Virus record (IMG/VR): IMGVR_UViG_2724679206_000002
Span: 1 to 64,000 of that record
Reading direction: 5' to 3' (one strand)
Length of the DNA: 64,000 nucleotides
Source of the DNA: a virus
Taxonomy: Duplodnaviria > Caudoviricetes
This document shows positions 9,374-19,288 of the stretch, one piece after another. Numbering within the stretch: position 1 is the stretch's first letter; the number at the start of each line of letters is the position of its first letter. The translations under genes were made by a program, and so were the position numbers. The notes below the pieces were generated by a model. It saw only the letters and a list, made by a program, of their open reading frames with translations, did no database searches and had not been told where the DNA came from.

Positions 9374-10036
9374 TTAAACATCCCGATACAACCCAACAAC
9401 TTTCCCAACCAACTTACAGCCATCCTCCAAAGCAATTGCTTTCTCAGACCATTCAGGGTTTAAAGGCTGCAGATACATATTGTCTGTTTCTACGATCAGC
9501 TTTTTAAAAGTTGCCGCTTTTCCGCTTTCACTAGAAACAATAACTAGATCTCCGGTTTTTAAATCACTCACTTGAAAGTCAGGATTTACATAAATTTTGT
9601 CGCCAGGGCGGAAGTCAGGGAGCATGGATTCACCTGAAACTTCTAAGCCATAGCCATGCTTCCCGCATTTAGGATTTGGCGGTAACCATTCTTCAAATTC
9701 TGTTCCGGCAGGAACGGCTTCTACGGTTGTCCACGAGCCAGCTTGTACCCATGAAATTACTGGAACTAGTCTGCCAGCAACAGGGAATGGAGCTGAAACA
9801 TTTGGTTCAATGCCAGTACCATGATCTAAATAGCTAATATCAACATTAAATTTTTCAGCCAAAGTCTGCATTTTTTCTTCACGTGGTTTTGCAATGCCAA
9901 GCGTATATCTACGAGCCATTTCATACGTAACTTCAATAGCATCTTTAAGCTGGTTCACTGTCTTAATTGGCGAACCATCTTGTTCCATAAGGCTTTTGAG
10001 TCTTGATGCAAATTCAAGATATTTAGCTGATTGCAC
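9374..10036 (-). CDS. cI: CI-like repressor (HTH plus S24 autopeptidase)
   Basis: N-terminal HTH, VQAG cleavage site, VSGESM catalytic Ser, TFKKL catalytic Lys; start inferred at GTG 10036. Confidence 0.92.
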   Translation of the reverse strand: MQSAKYLEFASRLKSLMEQDGSPIKTVNQLKDAIEVTYEMARRYTLGIAKPREEKMQTLAEKFNVDISYLDHGTGIEPNVSAPFPVAGRLVPVISWVQAGSWTTVEAVPAGTEFEEWLPPNPKCGKHGYGLEVSGESMLPDFRPGDKIYVNPDFQVSDLKTGDLVIVSSESGKAATFKKLIVETDNMYLQPLNPEWSEKAIALEDGCKLVGKVVGLYRDV

Positions 10037-10056
10037 TTTGGATTTCTTTCCATTTT

Positions 10057-10138
10057 CTACCACTGGTAGAAGTTTACCTCGTATTTTTAGTTGCACCAAT
10101 TCTATTTTAGGTAGTATATTATCTTCTACTTTAAGTAG
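10057..10138. promoter_or_regulatory. OR: three 13-bp CI/Cro operators
   Basis: CTACCACTGGTAG (10057), CTATTTTAGGTAG (10102), CTACTTTAAGTAG (10126, identical to the first OL site). Confidence 0.82.
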
Positions 10139-10154
10139 TTTTATTGAGTGCATT

Positions 10155-10403
10155 ATGTCATCTCCAAAAGATGCTTTAGAAAAAGCTATAAAAATTGCTG
10201 GCAATAAATCAGCTTTAGCCCGTGGCTTAGGCATTACACCTTGGGCTTTAAGTAAGTGGAATTTCAATAAAATTCCAGAAGATCGATGTTTGCCAATTGA
10301 GGAATTAACTAAATCAAAAGTTAAAGCAGAACAGTTGCGGCCAGATATTAATTGGGCGTTTATACGTTCTACCCAAAATAGTAATAAACCCGCCATCCAA
10401 TAA
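10155..10403 (+). CDS. cro: Cro-like repressor (YdaS/Cro family)
   Basis: GNKSALARGLGITPWALSKW HTH and LRPDINW motif; divergent from cI. Confidence 0.88.
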   Translation: MSSPKDALEKAIKIAGNKSALARGLGITPWALSKWNFNKIPEDRCLPIEELTKSKVKAEQLRPDINWAFIRSTQNSNKPAIQ

Positions 10404-10424
10404 ACACGTTCAAAAGGAACTGCC

Positions 10425-10871
10425 ATGAACATATTGGATGCCGCCCATCACACTGTCCGCCAATTTAAAGGCGGGGCAGCCGCACTCGCTGTCCGAATGG
10501 GCATGCGCAGCGTTGCAGTGCTCAACAGCAAAGTGAACCAAAACACAGAGACACATCACCTCACGCTGATGGAAGCCTCAACCATTATGGCCATTACAGG
10601 GGATTACCGAATTTTGCAGGCCTTATGCGCCGAGCACGGCAAAGTGGCCATCAATTTGCCCAATATCCCTGAATGCAGAGATACCGCGCTGACAGATTTG
10701 GTTTTGAGTATTGGAATGAATGGCGGGGATATATGTGCGCAGTTCAAAGAAATGATGGCAGACGGTCGGATCACACGCGGCGAAGCCATAGACATGTCCA
10801 AAGTTATCCATGCCATGCATGAAGTCTTGGCAGAACTGGAAATGCAGATCAACAAATGTGTAGAGCAATAA
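10425..10871 (+). CDS. CII-like phage regulatory protein
   Basis: GGAAALAVRMG...LNSKVN...HHLTL and DGRITRGE motifs; follows cro. Confidence 0.8.
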   Translation: MNILDAAHHTVRQFKGGAAALAVRMGMRSVAVLNSKVNQNTETHHLTLMEASTIMAITGDYRILQALCAEHGKVAINLPNIPECRDTALTDLVLSIGMNGGDICAQFKEMMADGRITRGEAIDMSKVIHAMHEVLAELEMQINKCVEQ

Positions 10872-10927
10872 AAAAAGCCTGACGGTTCAGGGCAGGCTTT
10901 AAACATCCATAAAAAGTGGAGCAATTT

Positions 10928-11359
10928 ATGAATAAATCCAAAGTAGCACAGAGCATTCTAGGTCACAACCAGCAGGGCGTTATGAACAACAAATCGCAAC
11001 ATGACTTAACACGTGAAATTGAAAAGCGCGAATTTGAATTAGGTTTAGCGCCTGACGATGCCTATGTAAAAACTGCAGAAGATTTCATAGCTGGTGATGT
11101 GGTCGTGTTTATGGATGAATCCAAAACAGACCGCTTAATGACTGTTTTTAAAGTACAGCGTAATGGTGTGCTGCTGGACGGAAACAGAAACTTTGCCTTA
11201 ACGCATCTCATTCGTTCTGCCACAACTGCAGAGCTTAAAGCTAAACAACGACTGCCGGCGCCCGCTGCGCTATTTGTTTCTGCCAGCCATGAAACTGGCA
11301 GTCGGGATGAATCCATACACCTAATTCGTGCCTTAGGCGCACAAGGCTGGGTCACATGA
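10928..11359 (+). CDS. Hypothetical phage protein
   Basis: GGAG RBS; early right operon. Confidence 0.65.
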   Translation: MNKSKVAQSILGHNQQGVMNNKSQHDLTREIEKREFELGLAPDDAYVKTAEDFIAGDVVVFMDESKTDRLMTVFKVQRNGVLLDGNRNFALTHLIRSATTAELKAKQRLPAPAALFVSASHETGSRDESIHLIRALGAQGWVT

Positions 11360-11676
11360 GCCATGCATTTCAAAAGATATTGGATCAAAAACAGCTTCAT
11401 AGCATTCAGTCCTGGTATGAGCCGGCATTGCATCTGCTGGAAGAGCTAATGGAAGCAGCCAAACAAAATTTGCAAAAGCGCAATTACAACGAAGCGAATG
11501 CAGCCATACAGCGCGATATATTCCGCGATCAGCTGCAGCGCAGATACCGCATACCCATGTACACCGTTCTTGAAATAGAAAAGAGCATGGGCCGCGCGGG
11601 CGTTATTGAATTTATAGGCGGAAACTTTGTGAAGCCAGCAAGCAAAGAAAGCCAGAGTGGAGAGGTAAAGCCATGA
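11356..11676 (+). CDS. Hypothetical phage protein
   Basis: ATGA-coupled ORF. Confidence 0.65.
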   Translation: MSHAFQKILDQKQLHSIQSWYEPALHLLEELMEAAKQNLQKRNYNEANAAIQRDIFRDQLQRRYRIPMYTVLEIEKSMGRAGVIEFIGGNFVKPASKESQSGEVKP

Positions 11677-12083
11677 GCTACGATCAAAGAATTTATTGTG
11701 TTTTATGTCATCACAGAGAAGTCTTTAATCCGATTTTCAGAATGAATTCGCAATTTCAGCTTTGCGTAGAATGCGCGAGAGAAATTGCAAATTTGTATGT
11801 ATTCGATTTTGAAGTTCGTTGGATTGATTCCGATTTTGAAGACAAATATGGTCCAGCACCAAAAAGTAAAGTTCGAAAATCATTGCCCCGTCAAATTAGA
11901 GAAACCGTCTTTATCCGTGATGGCCGTATATGCAAGCACTGTGGTTGTTTTGATAATTTAACAATCGACCATATTCATCCAGTAACCCGTGGCGGCACAG
12001 ATGATCTAGAGAATCTGCAGGTTCTTTGCCGAAGTTGTAACTCTAAGAAAGGCACGAATATTCAGGGCGGGAGCAAGCTATGA
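11673..12083 (+). CDS. HNH endonuclease
   Basis: RDGRICKHCG...IDHIHP..RGG.DDLENLQVLCRSCNSKK. Confidence 0.9.
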   Translation: MSYDQRIYCVLCHHREVFNPIFRMNSQFQLCVECAREIANLYVFDFEVRWIDSDFEDKYGPAPKSKVRKSLPRQIRETVFIRDGRICKHCGCFDNLTIDHIHPVTRGGTDDLENLQVLCRSCNSKKGTNIQGGSKL

Positions 12084-13138
12084 GCAGGTTTGTCCCAAAC
12101 TCATTTCAGATCACCAATGCCTTTGTTGATGAAGCAATGAATAAGCTTAGTGATGCCTCTATCAAGATTTACTTGCTGATCGTACGGAAGACTCGCGGTT
12201 GGGGAAAGGAGAGTGATTCATTATCATTGACTCAATTGGAGGAGTTATCGAGGAAAAGCCGTCCAACGGTGGTGAAATGCCTTAATGAGCTAGTAAAAGT
12301 TGGTCTTGTTCAGAAGCGTAGTCAATCAAAATTTGGCAATGTTTACTCCTTAATTGATAACTACAACATTGGAGAGATTATTAAATTCCCTAGTAAAAAA
12401 AATTTACTAGTTAAGGACTTCACTCCATTCGAAAATGAAGTAGTTAAAAATTTTAACCAGCAAGTTTTTGGCTATAAAAAAGTCAAAAATTCAGCTCAAA
12501 AAATTAGCGAAATTCGCCTAAATTTTCCTAGTAAAAATTCTTTACTAGTTAAAAGTTTTAACCAGACTAGTAAAAACTTTTTACCGCAACTAGTAAAAAT
12601 TTTTAACACACATAAAACAACTATCAAAAAACACTATCAAAATAAAAAAAAGAGCTGGTTGGTTTTGAAAAATTTGAAAGAAGAAATTGTTCTGGCAAAT
12701 AATTCAATACCAGTTGAAAAAATCACTGAGGCGACTTGGTTTAATCGAGAGCTTGCAGCATTTGAAAATTTTAATGCTGACAAAAACCACAATCAGGAGT
12801 TTTTAACATACCTGTTTGCAGATTGGCTGATACGCGCATATTTCAAATACGAGAAACAGGCTCATGCCAAAACATTGTCGGATAGATCCCAAGCATCTGG
12901 TTCAGTAAAACCATCTCCAGATCCAAAACACCTCACTGAAAAACAGATTGCTGTGTTTGCACAGAAACTGGCGCATCACAGTGAATTCGCCAGCAAGTTC
13001 AGCGAACCCGGCGACAGCTACGAAAAGCTGGCTGCCAAGATTGCCGTCAAACTCGAAGATCCAGCACAAGCCAAAAAATGGGAAAAATACCTCAAGCAGG
13101 TGGGCTTCACTGGAACGATCGCAAGGGAAGTCGCATGA
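12080..13138 (+). CDS. Phage replication initiator (O-like, N-terminal wHTH)
   Basis: IVRKTRGWGKESDSLSLTQL...SRPTVVKCLNEL; internal iteron repeats. Confidence 0.85.
   Translation: MSRFVPNSFQITNAFVDEAMNKLSDASIKIYLLIVRKTRGWGKESDSLSLTQLEELSRKSRPTVVKCLNELVKVGLVQKRSQSKFGNVYSLIDNYNIGEIIKFPSKKNLLVKDFTPFENEVVKNFNQQVFGYKKVKNSAQKISEIRLNFPSKNSLLVKSFNQTSKNFLPQLVKIFNTHKTTIKKHYQNKKKSWLVLKNLKEEIVLANNSIPVEKITEATWFNRELAAFENFNADKNHNQEFLTYLFADWLIRAYFKYEKQAHAKTLSDRSQASGSVKPSPDPKHLTEKQIAVFAQKLAHHSEFASKFSEPGDSYEKLAAKIAVKLEDPAQAKKWEKYLKQVGFTGTIAREVA
12389..12608 (+). repeat. Iteron-like repeats, probable replication origin
   Basis: Recurrent TAGTWAAAA..TTT(T/A)AC units, e.g. CTAGTAAAAATTCTTTACTAGTTAAAAGTTTTAAC and CTAGTAAAAACTTTTTAC. 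Confidence 0.75.
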
Positions 13139-13395
13139 ACCAGGCGAAGCGTACCTACCTGAACCTGATGATCTTCAAAATCATTGCTGAGTGCAAAGGC
13201 CGTATCTCTGTACAGCAGATCCACCAGCAGATTGAACCAAACATGGGAATGTCAGTACGCAGCCTACAGCGCTACATGAAGGGCTTAGCGGAATGGGGGC
13301 TGATTCAGGCAGATGGCAAAACACCTCAGGGTTTTAAACTTTCTGAACATGCGAAAAGCATCTTCAAGGAACTAGCTGGGAGCGCGGCACATTGA
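13135..13395 (+). CDS. Small winged-helix DNA-binding protein
   Basis: MSVRSLQRYMKGLAEWGLI HTH; ATGA overlap with the initiator stop. Confidence 0.7.
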   Translation: MNQAKRTYLNLMIFKIIAECKGRISVQQIHQQIEPNMGMSVRSLQRYMKGLAEWGLIQADGKTPQGFKLSEHAKSIFKELAGSAAH

Positions 13396-13535
13396 ACAGC
13401 GTATACATTGGTGAAATGGAAAAATATAACGCGGCGGCGGGATTGGGTTATCAGGTTTACCAGTTCAGCACAGAGCAAGTGAAAAGCAGTATGGCAATAC
13501 AGCAAGTTGAAAAAATGATAGGTGGTGTGGAATGA
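13392..13535 (+). pseudogene. C-terminal remnant of a DUF559/Vsr-like phage endonuclease
   Basis: Translates as YIGEMEKYNAAAGLGYQVYQFSTEQVKSSMAIQQVEKM; catalytic N-terminus absent. Confidence 0.6.
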
Positions 13536-13972
13536 ATACAGCGGCGAAAATTGAAGTAATGGATTGGGCTAAATTTACAGCTGAGGAGTGGTTTAAGCAG
13601 TACGGGGCCTACATTCAAACCTGCCGCATGAAATCAGGTAACGCGCCAGACTCGCTGGGTATTAATCAAATCTTCTGGCTCATTTGTGAAAACAATAAAG
13701 GCGTGACAGAACGTAGAAATCAATTGGTATGCCAGATAAGCGATTTTGAAGCTGATGAAGTACGCAAATTAATTATAGATTTAAAATTTTCAAACCGAAT
13801 CTGTAATTCTGCGAAAGTGGCAGTAAACTTTTTTATTGAAAGGAATATCCGAGGGATGTCACTCCGCCAAATGGAAAATGAATTTAAGCTTGGAAAGACT
13901 TCGATCGATAATATGATTTTTGCAGGAAAGTATTTCTTAAATGGCCATGATAAAAGACTGAGAATTAATTGA
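13532..13972 (+). CDS. Q-like antiterminator / late regulator
   Basis: End of early right operon; C-terminal HTH RGMSLRQMENEFKLGKTSI; followed by a pR'-like promoter and terminator. Confidence 0.65.
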   Translation: MNTAAKIEVMDWAKFTAEEWFKQYGAYIQTCRMKSGNAPDSLGINQIFWLICENNKGVTERRNQLVCQISDFEADEVRKLIIDLKFSNRICNSAKVAVNFFIERNIRGMSLRQMENEFKLGKTSIDNMIFAGKYFLNGHDKRLRIN

Positions 13973-14069
13973 TTGTCCGGACAGCATATGGCATATTTCT
14001 GTTATAGTGACCGAAGTGTATGTAAAGCACTAAAGTTAGTTAAAAGCTCGCCAAGTGGTGGGCTTTTTT
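13969..14069 (+). promoter_or_regulatory. pR'-like promoter with sigma-pause element and tR'-like terminator
   Basis: TTGATT-17bp-CATATT, -10-like TATAGT at 14003-14008, hairpin AAAGCTCGCC-AAGT-GGTGGGCTTT plus T run. Confidence 0.65.
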
Positions 14070-14150
14070 AACGTCTGCCTTCACGAAGCTTTTGGGCTTT
14101 TAAAAGAATAAAAATGGTATAGTGAGTTTGTCGTTTAAGTACCTTATTTT

Positions 14151-14438
14151 ATGTCTGAAATCTATAAATATCTCTGCACTCAAATTAGTACATTTGGGTC
14201 ATTACCAACGCATAAAGTTTTTATAACTAGCGTAGGCAGGAAGACAAAATTAGTTTTCGCAGATAACACGTTTGTTTATGGCACTGTTTCAGATTGGGCT
14301 TTAAACCATTCAGGCCTTGATTCAAGAAAATCAGCATGGTCGGAAGAACCTAAATCATTTTTAGAAGATGAAAAAAATAGATTGGGCCTATACAAGGCTT
14401 CACATCCACTATTCATAACAGAAGCAGGCATAGGTTAG
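14151..14438 (+). CDS. Hypothetical moron protein
   Basis: 95-aa ORF after the terminator with an upstream TATAGT. Confidence 0.6.
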   Translation: MSEIYKYLCTQISTFGSLPTHKVFITSVGRKTKLVFADNTFVYGTVSDWALNHSGLDSRKSAWSEEPKSFLEDEKNRLGLYKASHPLFITEAGIG

Positions 14439-14535
14439 TTTTTAAGATTTATTGGATTTAACCATGTCATAAGTGGTTATATTTTAATAAAGTTTGCTTT
14501 GTTAATACTTAGGGCGTATAACTGCACTACGTTGA

Positions 14536-14612
<77 letters not shown>

Positions 14613-14633
14613 ACGTAAAAATTAAAAGTTTAT

Positions 14634-14667
14634 ATACCTACCTTCCACTAGAGGTAGGTATTTTTTT
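14634..14667 (+). terminator. Intrinsic terminator after tRNA
   Basis: ATACCTACCT-N8-AGGTAGGTAT followed by T run. Confidence 0.85.
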
Positions 14668-14733
14668 GCCAGTTGTTTTATTCCTAGCTGTTTAAAAATG
14701 AATTCAGCTGGTACCTAAATCTAAGAGATTCAA

Positions 14734-14847
14734 ATGCTCCGATTCTTAAAATGCTTATTTAGCTTTCATGGCGCAATTGAAATTGACTACACGATTGATG
14801 ATGAAGCAATCAAAGTGTGCCGTGACTGCTTAAAAGAAGTTAAGTAA
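14734..14847 (+). CDS. 37-aa Cys/His microprotein (possible zinc binder), absent from the ORF track
   Basis: MLRFLKCLFSFHGAIEIDYTIDDEAIKVCRDCLKEVK; AAGAG RBS. Confidence 0.55.
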   Translation: MLRFLKCLFSFHGAIEIDYTIDDEAIKVCRDCLKEVK

Positions 14848-15345
14848 TTTGCCTAACGTTTTACTGCACATAAAATCCCGTTCAATATGCATTATTGGCG
14901 GAGTTTCATTTTTTCTCTTATTGCTTTGAATGCGTTCAATCTAGGTAGTCATTAATAGACTATTGTAAAAATAATTTACAAATGAAACATAAAAGCATCT
15001 AAAGATATGTGAAATGAAACATAGTCTCTATATTTTCTATACCTTTCAAGTAATTTCGAGTGTTAGATTCTTATTCATACTTATTAATATAAATTAAAAG
15101 TATAAAAGATTGAACATTTATAACCTTACTTAAGGCAGACAATTAAGTAGGGTTTTTTTATTTATAAAATTTTACACTTATATAATCCGAGTGTTAGATC
15201 AATTATTTATATCATTGATAGTTAAATTTATTTTTTTATTCTTGGTGTTTTTGAAATTTTAACATTTGGTATATTTTGCAATTTAGAATTAATATGAAAT
15301 TAGATATGTTACAAGCCTACATTAAAACAATGAGAATAAAGAACC

Positions 15346-15612
15346 ATGATTAAGACCTGTGAATTGCATATATTGCATCAAATATACGATTTCCTTGCGG
15401 AGAGAGATGAGTTTCATAAAAAAACTCCGAATACTCAAGTCATAGAATTTTTTAAAGAACTGAACATTGGTAATCAATCAGACTTTGTTCTTACAAGCCC
15501 CAGTACTGTGTATGGTAATTTTGGGCGTGTGTCTAAAGTAAGTTTGTCGAATGCACCTCTTTTTAGAGAAAAAGATAAATTTATTAAATGGGCTTACGCT
15601 CAAGTACAGTAA
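15346..15612 (+). CDS. Small moron protein, paralog of 16098-16370
   Basis: QIYDF, FFKEL, APLFREKDKFIKWA; own terminator. Confidence 0.65.
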   Translation: MIKTCELHILHQIYDFLAERDEFHKKTPNTQVIEFFKELNIGNQSDFVLTSPSTVYGNFGRVSKVSLSNAPLFREKDKFIKWAYAQVQ

Positions 15613-15660
15613 AGCCTTGTCGGGGTTTTGTTTTGCAATTTATGGGTTAAAATAGTGGTC

Positions 15661-15864
15661 ATGAAAAGATCACGAAAATTAGCAGTTCCACCCAAAATTA
15701 GCTGGACCACTGAACAAGATATTTACCTAATTGAAAATAGTACTCTTGATATCAGCCAATTGTGCATTCAGTTGGCTTTTACAGAAGAGCAAATTATAGA
15801 AAGAAAAGAAGTTCTTGGTTTGATCCGGCGTGAAAGGCAAATGAGAAGATTTAGAGGTAAGTAA
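15661..15864 (+). CDS. Small Myb/SANT-like HTH protein
   Basis: WTTEQDIYL...EEQIIERKEVLGL pattern; followed by a hairpin terminator. Confidence 0.55.
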   Translation: MKRSRKLAVPPKISWTTEQDIYLIENSTLDISQLCIQLAFTEEQIIERKEVLGLIRRERQMRRFRGK

Positions 15865-16097
15865 AAAAGCCCCGTTATTTTGCGGGGTTTTTCTTTTGAG
15901 GTCCAACAAGTTGCGGATGCGGGATGATTTGATATTTGCGCTTGAAATTTAAATGAATCTATATCTTGTTGCTTAAATATGAATTATTGTTATTTCCTTA
16001 TAAAAATTATGTATTTAAATGTAATAAGTAGTCAGTGATTGTGTTTGGAATACCCTGTAGATTACTGGGCTGATAAGGGGTAACAAGGAATATAATC

Positions 16098-16370
16098 ATG
16101 CCTATCGATAGTTCAAAATTAATAATTGAACAAATATATAATTTTATAATTGAAAAACCCCAGATTAGATATCAGAGTAAATTTATGCAATTAGCAATTT
16201 TCTTCGGTGAATTACATGAAGTGCATAAAAAAGACTTCCAGGCGACTAAACCATTTATTTATAAGGGCGTTTTTAATGGTGAAACAAGAAAAATATCAGC
16301 CCTTGGAGCGCCAGAGTTTTTTGATAAAGAAAAATTTTTAAACTGGGCTGCAGGTAAAATAACAGACTAA
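16098..16370 (+). CDS. Small moron protein, paralog of 15346-15612
   Basis: QIYNF, FFGEL, APEFFDKEKFLNWA; AAGGA RBS; terminator AAAACCACC-ACTG-GGTGGTTTT. Confidence 0.65.
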   Translation: MPIDSSKLIIEQIYNFIIEKPQIRYQSKFMQLAIFFGELHEVHKKDFQATKPFIYKGVFNGETRKISALGAPEFFDKEKFLNWAAGKITD

Positions 16371-17010
16371 ATACAAAACCACCACTGGGTGGTTTTCTAA
16401 TGGACGAAATATTTTAAGATGTATTTAATATATATCTTAAATAAAATTATCTATAATTTCGATTGCTTAAATGCATCCCGAATCAGCGCAAATGATAAAG
16501 GTGAAGCTTCATAGGAAACTATGGGGCTTTTTTAATGGATGTAATTTATGGTTGCTGATAGCTAATTGTGGGAAACCCATAAGCACCCATCCAAAACTAA
16601 GCAACGCATTAAGCCCTATAGTGGATGGTATTTATAAAAAAGTTAGATTGATGATATTTAAATTTTTTTTCATTTCATGTGATTGCAGGGCATCTATTTT
16701 TTTAAATTATATTTTTTTTATTAAAAGATTTGAAATTAATTTAAAGCCTTATCTAACCAAAGTATGTCGCGCTGTGAAACACCCTAACGACTTTTAACAG
16801 TTCGAACCTCTGAAGGGTTTAATTAAGTGCCGTATGCCTACCATCATTATGATTGAAAGAAAGCATGTTGAATATAAATCCTATCTGTACGTTAGGTGGT
16901 GAAATTTTGACACTGTCTCAAAATGTAGATGCCATAACGCTAGAAGTTTAAGCAATCCAGTATTGCAGATGAAGCAGCAAATTTTTGCACTTTTATAATT
17001 AGGAGTGAAA

Positions 17011-17688
17011 GTGAAAAATAGTCGAAGTGCATGGGATATTTGGGCTAAAAGCAATTCTGGCTCATTCTCAGATCCTTTTGAAGTAAAGAAAACATACCGA
17101 GCAGCGCGTGAACGCCGTGCGCTTGGAAGTGACATCATTTATCCATGTTCATTAAAAACAGAAGTGGTTAATGAAGACTCTGTACACCGTGGTAGCACAG
17201 GCGGGATTGTGATTACCGGGGAAACTTTCATTACAGTGAAATTGCCTTATGGTGTGAGCGCTAATGATATTTGGCGTGCAACGATTGATGAAAATGGAAA
17301 GCAGAGAAACAGCCTTTCGGTCAGTGCAAAAAAATTTAAGAAAAAGGTATATGAGACTTACGCGCCAATATTCAAAGCCCTGAAATGGAAGGCATTGAAT
17401 AAAGAGTGTGAAGTGCGCCTAATGGTGCAGCCACCGCTGAAAACCCGCAATTACAGCTCTAAAACTTATCCGCGCTTTGATATCGATAATTATCCAAAAT
17501 TACTGATCGACTCACTCAAAGGCAGAGAAATGCTTTTTAAAGATGACAATATTTTTGTCAGTGAAAAGATCGAATTTGCAGAACCAACACAAGACGGCTG
17601 TGTCTGGCTTTCATGCATATTTATTGAAGAAACGAATTGGCTTGAGAAAAAAGTAGATTTTGATTGGCTTGCAGGGAGGTCTATCTAA
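17011..17688 (+). CDS. RusA-like Holliday junction resolvase
   Basis: DIDNYPKLLIDSL...DDN acidic signature; AGGAG RBS before GTG 17011. Confidence 0.8.
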   Translation: MKNSRSAWDIWAKSNSGSFSDPFEVKKTYRAARERRALGSDIIYPCSLKTEVVNEDSVHRGSTGGIVITGETFITVKLPYGVSANDIWRATIDENGKQRNSLSVSAKKFKKKVYETYAPIFKALKWKALNKECEVRLMVQPPLKTRNYSSKTYPRFDIDNYPKLLIDSLKGREMLFKDDNIFVSEKIEFAEPTQDGCVWLSCIFIEETNWLEKKVDFDWLAGRSI

Positions 17689-18395
17689 TGGCGAAACATA
17701 CTAATTTGGAAACACGTGCAATGATCGGCCGTAAGCTGGCATTAGCGCGTGAGCGCAGCGGCATGCTGCAGCACGAAGTTGCTATTGAATTGTTTGGTGT
17801 AGAGCAGAAGAACCGCATTTCAGAAATGGAAAATGGTAAAACACTGCCGGATGCGGAACTGCTTCAGGTCATGTGCAGCCTCTACCATGTATCAGTTGAT
17901 TGGGTGCTGGGCTTTACGATCAATCCTGAGCTGAATGAAACTGAATCCGTGGCCGGTGTTCTTTTTAATAGTGTGGGCGATCTGCTATCAGAAAATCTAA
18001 ATGCCCTTACTTTTCAGCTTTCATTGCTATGCTCAAATCATATATCGAGTTTTCCAAAGTCATTAAGCCTGCAGCTTTTAGAGCACTCTAAAATAGTGGT
18101 TAATGAATATTTAAGCCTGAATCATTTGGATCAGGCAAATGACGCACAATTTAAGCAGTCTATTATGGACTTGATTCAAACGGTCAAAGCATGTGAAAAG
18201 GACAGAGCGATTCAGTTCAATTCAATTGCCAAAGGCATGGAAGATATATTTGAGCGTGATGAAAATGACGTTCAGGAGAAGATTCTTTTAGATTTGAAAA
18301 AATCAAAAAAAAGCCGCTTTACCCAAACTACGCTTAAGAAAGGCAGCGGTGAAGACAAGCAATTGGATTTTTTAGCAGGGGAAGGATTGAGATAA
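17688..18395 (+). CDS. XRE-family HTH regulator (candidate late activator)
   Basis: GRKLALARERSGMLQHEVA...RISEMENGK...VSVDWVLG. Confidence 0.8.
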   Translation: MAKHTNLETRAMIGRKLALARERSGMLQHEVAIELFGVEQKNRISEMENGKTLPDAELLQVMCSLYHVSVDWVLGFTINPELNETESVAGVLFNSVGDLLSENLNALTFQLSLLCSNHISSFPKSLSLQLLEHSKIVVNEYLSLNHLDQANDAQFKQSIMDLIQTVKACEKDRAIQFNSIAKGMEDIFERDENDVQEKILLDLKKSKKSRFTQTTLKKGSGEDKQLDFLAGEGLR

Positions 18396-18398
18396 GTC

Positions 18399-19256
18399 AT
18401 GGCAGTACAATCTTATCCGCAGGAAGTTTGGGAGCGATTAAAGGCAGTGTATGAATCATCGCCTAAAATGACATGGCAGCAATTGGTTGATTCTGTCGCT
18501 GAAGAACTTGGCTGTGAGATGCCTTCCGCATCGGTTGTTCGCCGTAAAGCATTAGCTGAAAAATGGAAGAAGAGTGCTAAATCACTAGTCAAAAAGAGCG
18601 CCAGAGAACTCAATAAGGAGATCAAAAAAATGACTAGTCAAAAGACTGGTCAGAAAAACTCACAAGATGATGATAGTACAGAAGAAAATAACGCTGAAAA
18701 GAACGTCAAAAATCCGTCATTTTTACCTAATTTAACTGGTCAAAATCAGCAGAAATACAATACTTCTGACAGAGTCCATACAAACAAGCTTTCCTCAGCA
18801 ACAATTATTCGAAAAAATCGCAATCGATTGGCTGATTTAGGCCAGCTTGCAGGCGATACAATTGACAGTGTGATCCATATACGTGATGAAGTGCTGCAGA
18901 TCGATATAAGCGGGCCCATCACTGATGAAACAGAACGCATAATTAATAATGTAAAGTTCAAAATGGGTTTAATCAGCCAGATTGTTGAACTGAATGTGAA
19001 GCAAAGTATTACTTTGACGAACATAGCCCGGTCAGAGGCATTGTTTTGGGGTTTTGAGCTGGAAGACCTGAAAGATCAGTCCGAGGTACAGGCACGGCGT
19101 TCCGCAGTTGTAGCGGGAGCTGAGCAGAAGCTGCTTGAGGCAAAACAGGCGATGAAGGCAGGTAAACTTGCAGCATTTCAGCGTAAGCTTGAGATCATTG
19201 AGGCAGGTGAGGCTGTAGAGGAAGATAATGATGAGTTTACGATCATAAAAGAATAA
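18399..19256 (+). CDS. Putative terminase small subunit-like DNA-binding protein
   Basis: W..LKAVYE...SVVRRKALAEKW N-terminal pattern typical of TerS HTH; helical C-terminus; no other TerS candidate seen. Confidence 0.45.
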   Translation: MAVQSYPQEVWERLKAVYESSPKMTWQQLVDSVAEELGCEMPSASVVRRKALAEKWKKSAKSLVKKSARELNKEIKKMTSQKTGQKNSQDDDSTEENNAEKNVKNPSFLPNLTGQNQQKYNTSDRVHTNKLSSATIIRKNRNRLADLGQLAGDTIDSVIHIRDEVLQIDISGPITDETERIINNVKFKMGLISQIVELNVKQSITLTNIARSEALFWGFELEDLKDQSEVQARRSAVVAGAEQKLLEAKQAMKAGKLAAFQRKLEIIEAGEAVEEDNDEFTIIKE

Positions 19257-19288
19257 AAGCCCTTACTCAAAAAAGTAAGGGCCTGTAT

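Noticed and set aside
9760-9801. CTGGAAC-N29-AAACAT inside cI as an antisense late promoter
   Set aside because: The loose hexamer is matched by chance elsewhere (e.g. 52049 inside portal); no hairpin or downstream start; cannot be supported without TSS data
9894-10432. Long overlapping N-terminal extensions of cI and cro
   Set aside because: They span the operator region and each other; the HTH domains begin near 10036 and 10155
16471-16797. 108-aa ORF in AT-rich DNA
   Set aside because: No clear RBS or motif, low-complexity composition; probably spurious
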